64,000 bases of DNA from an uncultured Alphaproteobacteria bacterium. Lineage in GTDB: Bacteria; Pseudomonadota; Alphaproteobacteria; Rs-D84. Positions 56,320 to 64,000 of the stretch are shown in pieces. The first letter of the stretch is position 1. Each line of letters begins with the position of its first letter. Where the stretch lies: NCBI GenBank assembly GCA_947646585.1, contig CANSHD010000001.1, forward strand, positions 248,617 to 312,616, read 5' to 3'. The notes below the pieces were generated by a model, which had not been told where the DNA came from, did no database searches, and worked only from the letters and a program-made list of their open reading frames with translations. The position numbers and the translations under genes are program-made.

Positions 56320-58581
56320 ATGAACTTACTTATCGTCGAATCACCGTCCAAGGCCAAAACAATCGAAAAATATTTGGGCAAGGGCTGGCGCGTTATCGCG
56401 TCGGTCGGCCATGTGCGTGATTTGGTCCCCGAAAACGGCAGTGTCGATACGGAAAACAATTTTGCAATGCGCTGGCAGATTATGCCCGGCAAAGAGCGCC
56501 AGATAAAGTTGATAACGGACGAGGTTAAAAAGGCCGACGCGGTGTATTTGGCATCGGACCCTGACCGCGAGGGAGAGGCCATCGCCTGGCACATATTGGA
56601 TATTTTGCGCGCGAAAAAACTGCTGGCCGGGAAAAAGGTTTACCGCGTCGCGTTTCATGAAATTACCAAAAAGGCCGTTCTGGCCGCCATCGAGTCGCCG
56701 CGTGAAATCGACCAGAATCTGGTTGATGCGTACCTGGTGCGCCGCGCGCTGGATTATCTGATCGGGTTTGGCATATCGCCGTTGTTGTGGCGTCGAAATT
56801 TGGGAAAATCGGCCGGCCGCGTTCAGTCTGTGGCGGTAAAGCTGGTTGTTGACCGCGAGCGCGAGATAGAGGCGTTCCGCCCGGTTGAATATTGGTCTTT
56901 AGGCGCGGAAATGATGCGTGGCGCCGACGGCTTTACGGCCGCATTATCCGTGTTCCGGGGCGAGAAAATAGAAAAAATGACAATCGGCAACCGCGCCCGC
57001 ATGGACGAAATTTTGTCCGGTATCGGCACGCCCGTTATCGATGCGACGGTTGCGGCGATTGAAAAGAAAAAGACGACCCGTCGTGCGGCGGCGCCGTTCA
57101 CGACATCAACGCTTCAGCAGGAGGCCGCGCGCAAACTGTATTTCTCGTCAAAGCGCACAATGGCCACAGCGCAAAAATTGTACGAGCAGGGGTTGATTAC
57201 ATACATGCGTACGGACGCGACAAACCTGTCGGCAGAGGCGGTCGGTGCAATACGCGAATATATCGCCGCAACGTATGGCGACCGCTTTGTTCCGAAAACG
57301 CCGAACGTGTATGTTACAAAATCCAAAAACGCCCAGGAAGCGCACGAGGCGATTCGCCCCACGCACTTTGACGCCGCCGCGCCGGACCTGTCCGGGGACG
57401 AGGCAAAGCTCTACGATTTAATCTGGAAACGCACCATCGCGTGCCAGATGACGAATGCCGAATTTGACAGTGTCGCGGCCGACATTGAAACGGCGGACCA
57501 TGCGGCGGTATTCCATGCAGTCGGCACGACACGCACGTTTGACGGATTTATGAAGGTTTATACCGAGGGACGCGATGACGCGGACGCGTCGGCGGAATCC
57601 AAGCTGCCGGTGCTGAGTGTCGGTGATGCCGTACAGATTACGGATTTGCAGCCCGAACAGCATTTCACCCAGCCGCCCGCCAGATATACCGAGGCTTCGC
57701 TGGTTAAAAAATTGGAGGAATTGGGAATCGGCCGCCCGTCGACATATGCCACGATTATGTCAACAATCGTTGACCGCAAGTATGTAGAGCAGGACAAGCA
57801 GCGTCGTTTTCATCCCACCCCCGGCGGATGGGTTATTGCGGCATACCTGTCGAAATATTTCGCTGATTTGGTTGACGTCAACTTTACCGCCAAGACAGAG
57901 GATACTTTGGACGACGTGTCGAACGGCCGCGCGGACAAGGTACGGTCACTGCAGGCTTTCTGGACGCCGACGGACGCAATGATAGAGGCCGCCCGCGGTG
58001 TCAAGACAACGGAAATAATAGATTCCATTAACGAAATAATGCATACGCATCTGTTCGGCGAAGACGGCGGCAAATGTCCCAAATGCGGCGGACAGCTTGG
58101 GATAAAGCTGTCAAAGTACGGCGCATTTGTGGGATGTGCGAATTATCCGGAATGCGATTATACGCAGCGTTTAACCGCACAGGATGCGCTGGCCGAATCC
58201 GAGGCCGCCGCGCAGGCCCAGGCAAACAATGTCGATTTGGGCGACGGGATATCGTTCAAGGTCGGCCGGTTTGGCCCGTATGTGACGGACGGAAAAAAGA
58301 ACGCGTCCGCAAAACAATATACGGCGGATACAATCACGCTGGACGTGGCGCGCGAACTGTTGGCCGGCGGCCCGAAAAAGGCGGACCCGATAGAGCTGGG
58401 CGAAAACCCAGCCACGGGCAAGATGATTTATTATTATCCGACCGGACGGTACGGCGCGTATATTTCATCGAACAAGGTTAACGTTTCCGTCAAAGAGCAG
58501 CCGGACCTGGCCACCGCCGCGGAATTGATAAACAACAAAAAGCCCGCTGCGCGTCGCGGCTTTGCAAAGAAAACAAAATAA
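56320..58581 (+). CDS. topA: DNA topoisomerase I
   Basis: TOPRIM N-terminus MNLLIVESPSKAKTIEKYLG; active-site Tyr region; Zn ribbon CPKCGGQL..CANYPECDY; 753 aa. Confidence 0.95.
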   Translation: MNLLIVESPSKAKTIEKYLGKGWRVIASVGHVRDLVPENGSVDTENNFAMRWQIMPGKERQIKLITDEVKKADAVYLASDPDREGEAIAWHILDILRAKKLLAGKKVYRVAFHEITKKAVLAAIESPREIDQNLVDAYLVRRALDYLIGFGISPLLWRRNLGKSAGRVQSVAVKLVVDREREIEAFRPVEYWSLGAEMMRGADGFTAALSVFRGEKIEKMTIGNRARMDEILSGIGTPVIDATVAAIEKKKTTRRAAAPFTTSTLQQEAARKLYFSSKRTMATAQKLYEQGLITYMRTDATNLSAEAVGAIREYIAATYGDRFVPKTPNVYVTKSKNAQEAHEAIRPTHFDAAAPDLSGDEAKLYDLIWKRTIACQMTNAEFDSVAADIETADHAAVFHAVGTTRTFDGFMKVYTEGRDDADASAESKLPVLSVGDAVQITDLQPEQHFTQPPARYTEASLVKKLEELGIGRPSTYATIMSTIVDRKYVEQDKQRRFHPTPGGWVIAAYLSKYFADLVDVNFTAKTEDTLDDVSNGRADKVRSLQAFWTPTDAMIEAARGVKTTEIIDSINEIMHTHLFGEDGGKCPKCGGQLGIKLSKYGAFVGCANYPECDYTQRLTAQDALAESEAAAQAQANNVDLGDGISFKVGRFGPYVTDGKKNASAKQYTADTITLDVARELLAGGPKKADPIELGENPATGKMIYYYPTGRYGAYISSNKVNVSVKEQPDLATAAELINNKKPAARRGFAKKTK

Positions 58582-60194
58582 TGGCGTCATACGACCGTAA
58601 TTTTACCGACGAGCTGCGTACACGACTGTCCATTGTCGATGTCGTGGGGCGTCGCGTGCCGCTGGTGCGCAAGGGGCAAAATTACTGGGGCTGCTGTCCG
58701 TTTCATAATGAAAAGACGCCCAGCTTTTCCGTGAACGAGGAAAAAGGTTTTTACCACTGTTTCGGATGCGGGGAGCATGGCGACATAATTTCGTTCACGA
58801 TGAAGACGAACAATATGGATTTCCGTGCGGCGATTACGGAGCTGGCGGCCCAGGCGGGGGTAAAGATGCCCGATTACAAACCGCGCGACCCCGCCGCAGT
58901 CGCGCGCGAGGAATCGTATGTCGGCATTACCGACCGCGCGGCCGCACTGTATCAGGCAAAGCTGTTCGAGCCGTCGGGTGCCGTCGCCCTGGAATATGTT
59001 CGCCGCCGCGGTTTTACCGACGATATGATAAAAAAGTATCGCATCGGATATGCGCCGAAAAACAATTTGATTGCGAACACCTTTGCCAATACGAAACAGG
59101 ACGCTTTGATTGGAACCGGGCTGTGCCGTCGCGGCGATTACGGCATGTATGATTTTTTTCGGGATAAATTGATGTTCCCGATATTTAACGCCCGCGGCCA
59201 GATTGTGGCCTTTTCCGGGCGCAGTCTTGACGGGTCGGAGCCGAAATATATCAACACCACCGACACCGAAATGTTTCATAAGCGCAAGACGGTGTTCGGC
59301 TTGAACTTTGCGCGTGACGCGATATACCGCGCCGGCCGCAGCATCGTGGTAGAGGGCCAGATAGACGCCATTCAGATGCAGTGCCACGGCTTTGGCGAAA
59401 CGGTCGCACCGCTGGGCACCGCACTGACCGAGGACCATATCGCCATACTGTGCAAATCAAACCGGAATATAACATTCTGCTTTGACGGCGACGGCGCCGG
59501 GCAAAAGGCCGCGGCGCGCGCCGCATCAATCGTGATGCCGTTTTTGCGCGATACGTCCGATGTGCGCTTTGCGTTTGTCACCGGGGGCAAAGACCCGGAC
59601 GAGGTGTTAAAGACCGGCGGCGCCGACGCCATGCGCCGGATAATCGACGGCGCGATGGATTTGACGGATTTCCTGTGGGAGATTGCAAATAAAAACTATG
59701 TGACGTCCACCCCCGGCGGCCAGGCCCAGGCCGAGAAGTTTTTATCCGCCGAGATAGAAAAGATAAAGGACGAGGGGCTGCGCCGCGCATACGAGAAAGA
59801 ATACAATTCGCGCAAGTTCAATCAGTGGAGCCGCTGGACCCGCAAGAAAAAAGAGGCCGCGGTCGCATTGCCGTCGGTTGATGAAATAACGCGCGGCACA
59901 TTGGTTTATATCGTGAATACGTTCCCGGAATTGGTGGAACGCTATGGCGACTTTTTGGCGACGTTAAATGTGGATTATGACGGCGTACCGGCGGCGGCCC
60001 AGATGGACGCGACAATGGCGGAACGCTATATCGTGTCGTTGAAACTGCAAAAGTATATGGAACGCCTTGCGGCCGAGAAAAAAGAATGCATGGCGCAAAT
60101 GCTGTCCGGTGCGGATGTGAAAGAGCGTATCGCGGCCATTGATTCCGAAATGGAAAAGGTTCGCGCCAAACAGGATATGTTGGTTGCGGAATAG
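58581..60194 (+). CDS. dnaG: DNA primase
   Basis: Zn-binding CCPFHNEKTPSFSVNEEKGFYHCFGCGEHGD; TOPRIM (VVEGQIDAIQ); 537 aa. Confidence 0.92.
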   Translation: MASYDRNFTDELRTRLSIVDVVGRRVPLVRKGQNYWGCCPFHNEKTPSFSVNEEKGFYHCFGCGEHGDIISFTMKTNNMDFRAAITELAAQAGVKMPDYKPRDPAAVAREESYVGITDRAAALYQAKLFEPSGAVALEYVRRRGFTDDMIKKYRIGYAPKNNLIANTFANTKQDALIGTGLCRRGDYGMYDFFRDKLMFPIFNARGQIVAFSGRSLDGSEPKYINTTDTEMFHKRKTVFGLNFARDAIYRAGRSIVVEGQIDAIQMQCHGFGETVAPLGTALTEDHIAILCKSNRNITFCFDGDGAGQKAAARAASIVMPFLRDTSDVRFAFVTGGKDPDEVLKTGGADAMRRIIDGAMDLTDFLWEIANKNYVTSTPGGQAQAEKFLSAEIEKIKDEGLRRAYEKEYNSRKFNQWSRWTRKKKEAAVALPSVDEITRGTLVYIVNTFPELVERYGDFLATLNVDYDGVPAAAQMDATMAERYIVSLKLQKYMERLAAEKKECMAQMLSGADVKERIAAIDSEMEKVRAKQDMLVAE

Positions 60195-60199
60195 GCCGG

Positions 60200-60232
60200 C
60201 GCAAAAAAACGCCCCGTGGGGCGTTTTTTTAT
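60200..60232. terminator. bidirectional terminator (dnaG / bamB-like)
   Basis: gcaaaaaaacgccccgtggggcgttttttta. Confidence 0.85.
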
Positions 60233-60954
60233 ATAGTCTTGCCTGTGGCGGCGTTTATTTTTGTTTTACATGCCACGACGACCTGATTTTCATAGCTTAT
60301 TTTGTTGCATTTGCCAATGTCCGCCTGCCAGTAAATGGCGCCGTCACTGGTCCGAACCGCATACAATGTGCCGTTCGTTCCCGCAACAAACGCCGCCGGA
60401 CCCGCAATAACGAACGGGGCGGAAACGCTGATTGGCGCGCACCATTTCTTTTTGCCGTTGCCGAGGTTTATGCGACAAAACGCCTCGCCCATGCCGCCGG
60501 CATACACCGCGTCGCCGTCGATTACAATCGGTGCGACAATGTCCAGAACGGACGCGCCGCCGGTCATGTTGCTGGGGCGGAATACGTCCGCAATCCATTC
60601 GACATGGCGGTTGGCCGGATTTACCTTAACCACCTCGCCCGTGGTTAAACCCGCGATAACATATTTGCCCGCGCATACGGGTGATTGGCTGCTTTTTACG
60701 GAATTGTTTGTCGGGAATCCGCTGAAAATCTTTTTGTCGCCGTTGCGGATTGTGTTGGACGCGTCCTGGGTGTACGGACATTCCGCGTCGCTTTTTCCCA
60801 CCGCCGTCATCGGCAGGTTTTCAATCGCGCCGCCGATAATGGTGGGCGCGCTTTCTTCAAAAATCGCCGTGCGCTGTCCCGGCAGTATGGGGTCGTGTTT
60901 CGTGCATCCCGCCGCCAGGATTAACGCGGCCGTCGCCGCCGCAATCTTACGCAT
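60229..60954 (-). CDS. PQQ-repeat beta-propeller lipoprotein, BamB-like but short (241 aa)
   Basis: lipobox ILAAGC; PQQ-like repeats (DGDAVYAGGMGEAFCRINLGNGKKKW, GTNGTLYAVRTSDGAIYW); follows a YfgM-like gene as bamB does. Confidence 0.55.
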   Translation of the reverse strand: MRKIAAATAALILAAGCTKHDPILPGQRTAIFEESAPTIIGGAIENLPMTAVGKSDAECPYTQDASNTIRNGDKKIFSGFPTNNSVKSSQSPVCAGKYVIAGLTTGEVVKVNPANRHVEWIADVFRPSNMTGGASVLDIVAPIVIDGDAVYAGGMGEAFCRINLGNGKKKWCAPISVSAPFVIAGPAAFVAGTNGTLYAVRTSDGAIYWQADIGKCNKISYENQVVVACKTKINAATGKTI

Positions 60955-60968
60955 GTTTTTGCCTTATG

Positions 60969-61619
60969 TTATCTTAACGCCGCCGCATTTGCCGATATGG
61001 TCGCAGGTGCGTTTTTATCGTTAATAATTTTATCCAGCCATTTGTTCGCCGTGGTTTTGTCCCCCTCGGCCAAGTATTTCTGGGCCACCGTCAGCGCGCC
61101 CATGTAATAATACGGCGAAGACTTTGTATTCAGCGGCGCCAGATATTTCTCCACCTCGCGGGCGGTCATTTTGTCACCGCGGATTCCGATAACGTGCAGG
61201 CGTGCCAGGTCACGGAAATCGCGGGTGTTCCCCTTGTCCGCCAGCTGTTCTATTTTCGCCGCGTCCTTGTCCAGCATGTATGCCTGGAACAGCGCCAAAT
61301 CCGCCGTCGCGCCGCTGCCATGTGACCCGATTGCCGCCAGTGCTGTCGCATCCGCGTTTTCCACCGCCGTTTCATAGTTTGTCGCCGCCGCGATTTTTGC
61401 GTCGCGATGCATGCGCAGGCCAATCTGAACCGATGTCGCGACAATCATTATAACCAGCGCGCCCGCCACGATATAGCGGTAATATTTCTTAACAAAGCGC
61501 TTGGTCTTTTCATTGTTCACCTCTTCCCAAACCTCGCGGTACAGGGCGTCTTCGGCGTATTCTTCACGCGTTTTTTTCTGAACTTTTACGTTTTTGTTTC
61601 GCTCCAAAATAGATGCCAT
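60969..61619 (-). CDS. YfgM-like membrane-anchored TPR-like protein (UPF0070)
   Basis: basic N-terminus, single TM YYRYIVAGALVIMIVA, TPR-like helical C-domain; conserved yfgM-bamB adjacency. Confidence 0.55.
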   Translation of the reverse strand: MASILERNKNVKVQKKTREEYAEDALYREVWEEVNNEKTKRFVKKYYRYIVAGALVIMIVATSVQIGLRMHRDAKIAAATNYETAVENADATALAAIGSHGSGATADLALFQAYMLDKDAAKIEQLADKGNTRDFRDLARLHVIGIRGDKMTAREVEKYLAPLNTKSSPYYYMGALTVAQKYLAEGDKTTANKWLDKIINDKNAPATISANAAALR

Positions 61620-61647
61620 GGAAAATCTCCCTTGTCTGTGGCGGCTC

Positions 61648-61675
61648 TTGATAAATCTTATTTTATTGCTATACT
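61648..61675 (+). promoter_or_regulatory. sigma70-like promoter of rpoH (TTGATA-16-TATACT)
   Basis: ttgata 61648-53, tatact 61670-75, ATG at 61685. Confidence 0.5.
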
Positions 61676-61684
61676 ATAATTGTT

Positions 61685-62590
61685 ATGAAAAAGCAAATCA
61701 AGAACGCTTTACCGGCAGTGCAGACCGGCTCGCTTATCGCGGGTGCGGGCGACAGTTTGACGCGCTATATCCAAGAGATTCAAAAGTTCCCCGTACTGTC
61801 CGCCAGCCAGGAATACGAATACGCCACCCGCTGGGCGCGCGACAAGGATATGTCCGCGGGCGAGGCATTGGTCGCCAGCCATCTGCGCCTGGTGGTGTCC
61901 GTCGCGTACGATTTCAAGAATTACGGCGTGCCGGTCGCGGACTTGATTGCCAGCGGGAACATGGGCCTGATGCAGGCGCTCCAGAAATTCGACCCGGAAA
62001 AGGGGTTTCGTTTTTCCACATACGCCATGTTCTGGATAAAGGCCGAAATTTACGAGAACATATTAAACAACTGGTCCATTGTAAAGATTGGCACGTCCGC
62101 AAACCAAAAGCGCGTTTTCTTTAATCTGGCGCGCGCGAAAAGGGCGCTGGGGATTATGGACGGAAACATGTCCGACGACCAGACGCGCGCGGTTGCCCAG
62201 TATCTGGGCGTGCCCGAAGGCGACGTCCGCCGCATGGCGACGCGCATCGGCGCGCGCGACGTGTCGTTAAATGCGCCGGCGCATTCCGATGATGCGGGCG
62301 GCATGGACATTTTGTCGAACATGACAGATTCACGCGACAACATTGCGGATATTGTAGAGGGCTCGGAGGCGCGTCGTCGCGGCTACGAAATGCTGCGCCG
62401 TCACTTGGGGGAATTAAAGGACCGCGACCGTGAAATTTTGGTCGCGCGGCGCTTGTCCGATCCGGTGGTGACTCTGGAGGCTTTGTCGAAAAAATACGGC
62501 ATTTCGCGCGAGCGGGTGCGCCAGATAGAAGAACGCGCATACGTCAAACTGCGTGATGCGATTTTACAGGAATCAGGAGAGGGAAAATGA
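61685..62590 (+). CDS. rpoH: RNA polymerase sigma-32 factor
   Basis: RpoH box QKRVFFNLARAKR; region 2.4 and 4.2 HTH (..ISRERVRQIEERA..). Confidence 0.85.
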   Translation: MKKQIKNALPAVQTGSLIAGAGDSLTRYIQEIQKFPVLSASQEYEYATRWARDKDMSAGEALVASHLRLVVSVAYDFKNYGVPVADLIASGNMGLMQALQKFDPEKGFRFSTYAMFWIKAEIYENILNNWSIVKIGTSANQKRVFFNLARAKRALGIMDGNMSDDQTRAVAQYLGVPEGDVRRMATRIGARDVSLNAPAHSDDAGGMDILSNMTDSRDNIADIVEGSEARRRGYEMLRRHLGELKDRDREILVARRLSDPVVTLEALSKKYGISRERVRQIEERAYVKLRDAILQESGEGK

Positions 62591-63603
62591 ACCCTAAAAT
62601 ACTTTTGTTGGCCGCCGCAGCGATTGCGGCCCCGTCATGCGCCCGTGCAATCGGATGGGAATCGAACGGATATGCATTAAACGTCAGCGGATACGGCACG
62701 GCCGGCATGATTGACGCGGACGATGAAAAGCCGGATTTCTTAGGCGACTGGCGTATCCGTGGCGAGGCGCGTCGTGACATGGCCGCATCGCGCCTGGGGC
62801 TGGTATATGCGATTGACGCCCAGACCGTTGACAGCGACGAATATATCGACGATTTGTTCCTGTTCTGGCAGTCGCGCCGCTATGGCCGCATGGAAATCGG
62901 AATGACGGAATCTGCGGCGGGTAAACTGGGGCTGGGGCTGCCGGATGTCGGCGCGCTGCGCGTGAATGACAATCCGCTGTTTTATAAAAAGATAAATCCG
63001 GACGGGCCCGTCGTCGCCGACGGCACGATTGACAGCGGGGACCAGTCCCTGCGTTTAAATCTGGTGACAAATCCCATTGGCGGGGTGCAATACGGCCTGT
63101 CTGTTGCAACGCTGGCGGATGGTTTTGATTATGCTGTCGATGCGGGCTTAAAAATCCGCCGGCCATCGGGAAAGGTAAAGACGGCCGTGTCATTTGGGGC
63201 GTCGTTCATCGATAATCCAGACAATTTCTCCGCGGACCCGTATGCGCCGAATTTGACGGCCGAATGGCGCGCGCAGATGGCGGCAGGCCTGAATGTGCAG
63301 TACAACAGCTGGATTGTTGGAATAAACGCGCGCGCGGTATATGACCGCGACGCTATATCGCCCGCATCGGACGGTGTTTCCGCCGGCGCCGGGGTCAGTT
63401 ATGACTTGTTGAATTACAGCCTGTCGCTGTCGTACATAATATCGTCGGTCGGCATATGGCACGACGGGGACAGACGTTACACGAACAACACCGTTCTGGG
63501 CTCTTTCCGGTATAAGTACAGTGCCAATGTCGATGGCTGGACCTCGATTGGTGTGGCCAGCAAGACGCCGTTTGTATCGGCCGGTCTGCGACTGACGTTT
63601 TAA
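62587..63603 (+). CDS. outer membrane beta-barrel protein (porin-like), unknown family
   Basis: signal peptide MNPKILLLAAAAIAAPSCARA; alternating amphipathic strands; C-terminal ..AGLRLTF with terminal Phe; ATGA overlap with rpoH. Confidence 0.55.
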   Translation: MNPKILLLAAAAIAAPSCARAIGWESNGYALNVSGYGTAGMIDADDEKPDFLGDWRIRGEARRDMAASRLGLVYAIDAQTVDSDEYIDDLFLFWQSRRYGRMEIGMTESAAGKLGLGLPDVGALRVNDNPLFYKKINPDGPVVADGTIDSGDQSLRLNLVTNPIGGVQYGLSVATLADGFDYAVDAGLKIRRPSGKVKTAVSFGASFIDNPDNFSADPYAPNLTAEWRAQMAAGLNVQYNSWIVGINARAVYDRDAISPASDGVSAGAGVSYDLLNYSLSLSYIISSVGIWHDGDRRYTNNTVLGSFRYKYSANVDGWTSIGVASKTPFVSAGLRLTF

Positions 63604-63605
63604 TA

Positions 63606-63636
63606 AAAGAAAAACGGGGTGGCGCCCCGTTTTTTA
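63606..63636. terminator. bidirectional terminator after OMP gene
   Basis: aaaaacggggtggcgccccgttttttac. Confidence 0.85.
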
Positions 63637-63649
63637 CATTGCGTTTTTT

Positions 63650-64000
63650 TTACATTAAACACGCCAACGTCGCGCCCGCATTTTTCAGCATGAACCACCC
63701 AATTCGGTAATCCGTGGCGTAAACGGTAATCATAAACAGTGCAAATATTGCGATGACGGCGATTACATTGCCGCGGCGCCCGCGCATGCAGTACAGCGCG
63801 ATATTATAAAACAAAAACAGAATGTATGCATCGACGGCGATACTGATAATCCACATGGATGTGCAGTTAAAGGCCAGCGCGTTCAACACCAGCACCACCG
63901 GATAAATAAAGAACACCGACGCCAGCCCCTTTATCGCGATTTCCCAGTCGCGTTCGCCGCCCGTGATTTCCGAGACCAGCATCATCAGTCCCCCCATCAC
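63650..64000 (-). CDS. hypothetical polytopic membrane protein, N-terminus outside window
   Basis: several hydrophobic helices; ORF open to window end. Confidence 0.4.
   Translation of the reverse strand: MMGGLMMLVSEITGGERDWEIAIKGLASVFFIYPVVLVLNALAFNCTSMWIISIAVDAYILFLFYNIALYCMRGRRGNVIAVIAIFALFMITVYATDYRIGWFMLKNAGATLACLM

Overview
This 64-kb window is GC-rich and reads as core chromosome from a Gram-negative bacterium. The accC/pnp/mreB/ileS signatures, the rsmG-parS-parA-parB arrangement and an SspB-alpha-like adaptor suggest an alphaproteobacterium, possibly a host-associated lineage with a rearranged genome; this is inference from gene content. Most of the window is housekeeping. Minus-strand blocks carry rsmE, an RsuA-like pseudouridine synthase and a TPR protein; ybaB, pnp, an APH-fold kinase, sspB, recF and mreB; infC and a family-4 UDG; parB, parA and rsmG; and pheT, pheS, rplT, rpmI and a yfgM-like/bamB-like pair. 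Plus-strand blocks carry ychF; rnpA, yidD, accB and accC; a complete tolC-macA-macB-macB efflux operon; pal; gpsA, xseB, mutS, truB and rpsO; metG and queH; fabD, fabG and mnmG; ileS and nth; and mreC, mreD, mrdA, rodA, topA, dnaG, rpoH and an OMP. Three tRNAs were found (Cys-GCA on the minus strand, Val-GAC and Thr-CGU on the plus strand), plus many hairpin+T-run terminators. No CRISPR array or rRNA gene is present. Non-core content is the more interesting part. (1) A 1.9-kb islet pairs a secreted Cys-rich ephrin-receptor-like repeat protein with a divergently transcribed SPASM-less radical-SAM enzyme; their shared 367-bp region is packed with hairpins and palindromes. Two further paralogs of the Cys-rich protein sit in tandem at 47.2-47.8 kb. 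(2) A family of ~100-bp nested-palindrome MITE/REP-like repeats has two tandem copies at 26.1-26.3 kb and one at 39.5 kb. (3) A ~400-bp mini-island lies at the 3' end of tRNA-Cys, bounded by an 11-bp direct repeat of the tRNA end, and carries an XRE-type regulator. (4) An HExxH lipoprotein gene is inserted between parA and rsmG, bracketed by two parS-like palindromes. (5) An orphan VirD4/TraG coupling ATPase sits among housekeeping genes with no other T4SS component in the window. (6) infC uses an AUU start, and metG and ileS each lie directly behind a non-cognate tRNA gene and its terminator. Several ancestral operons are split (infC from rpmI-rplT-pheST, mreB from mreCD, rsmG from mnmG, rpsO from pnp).
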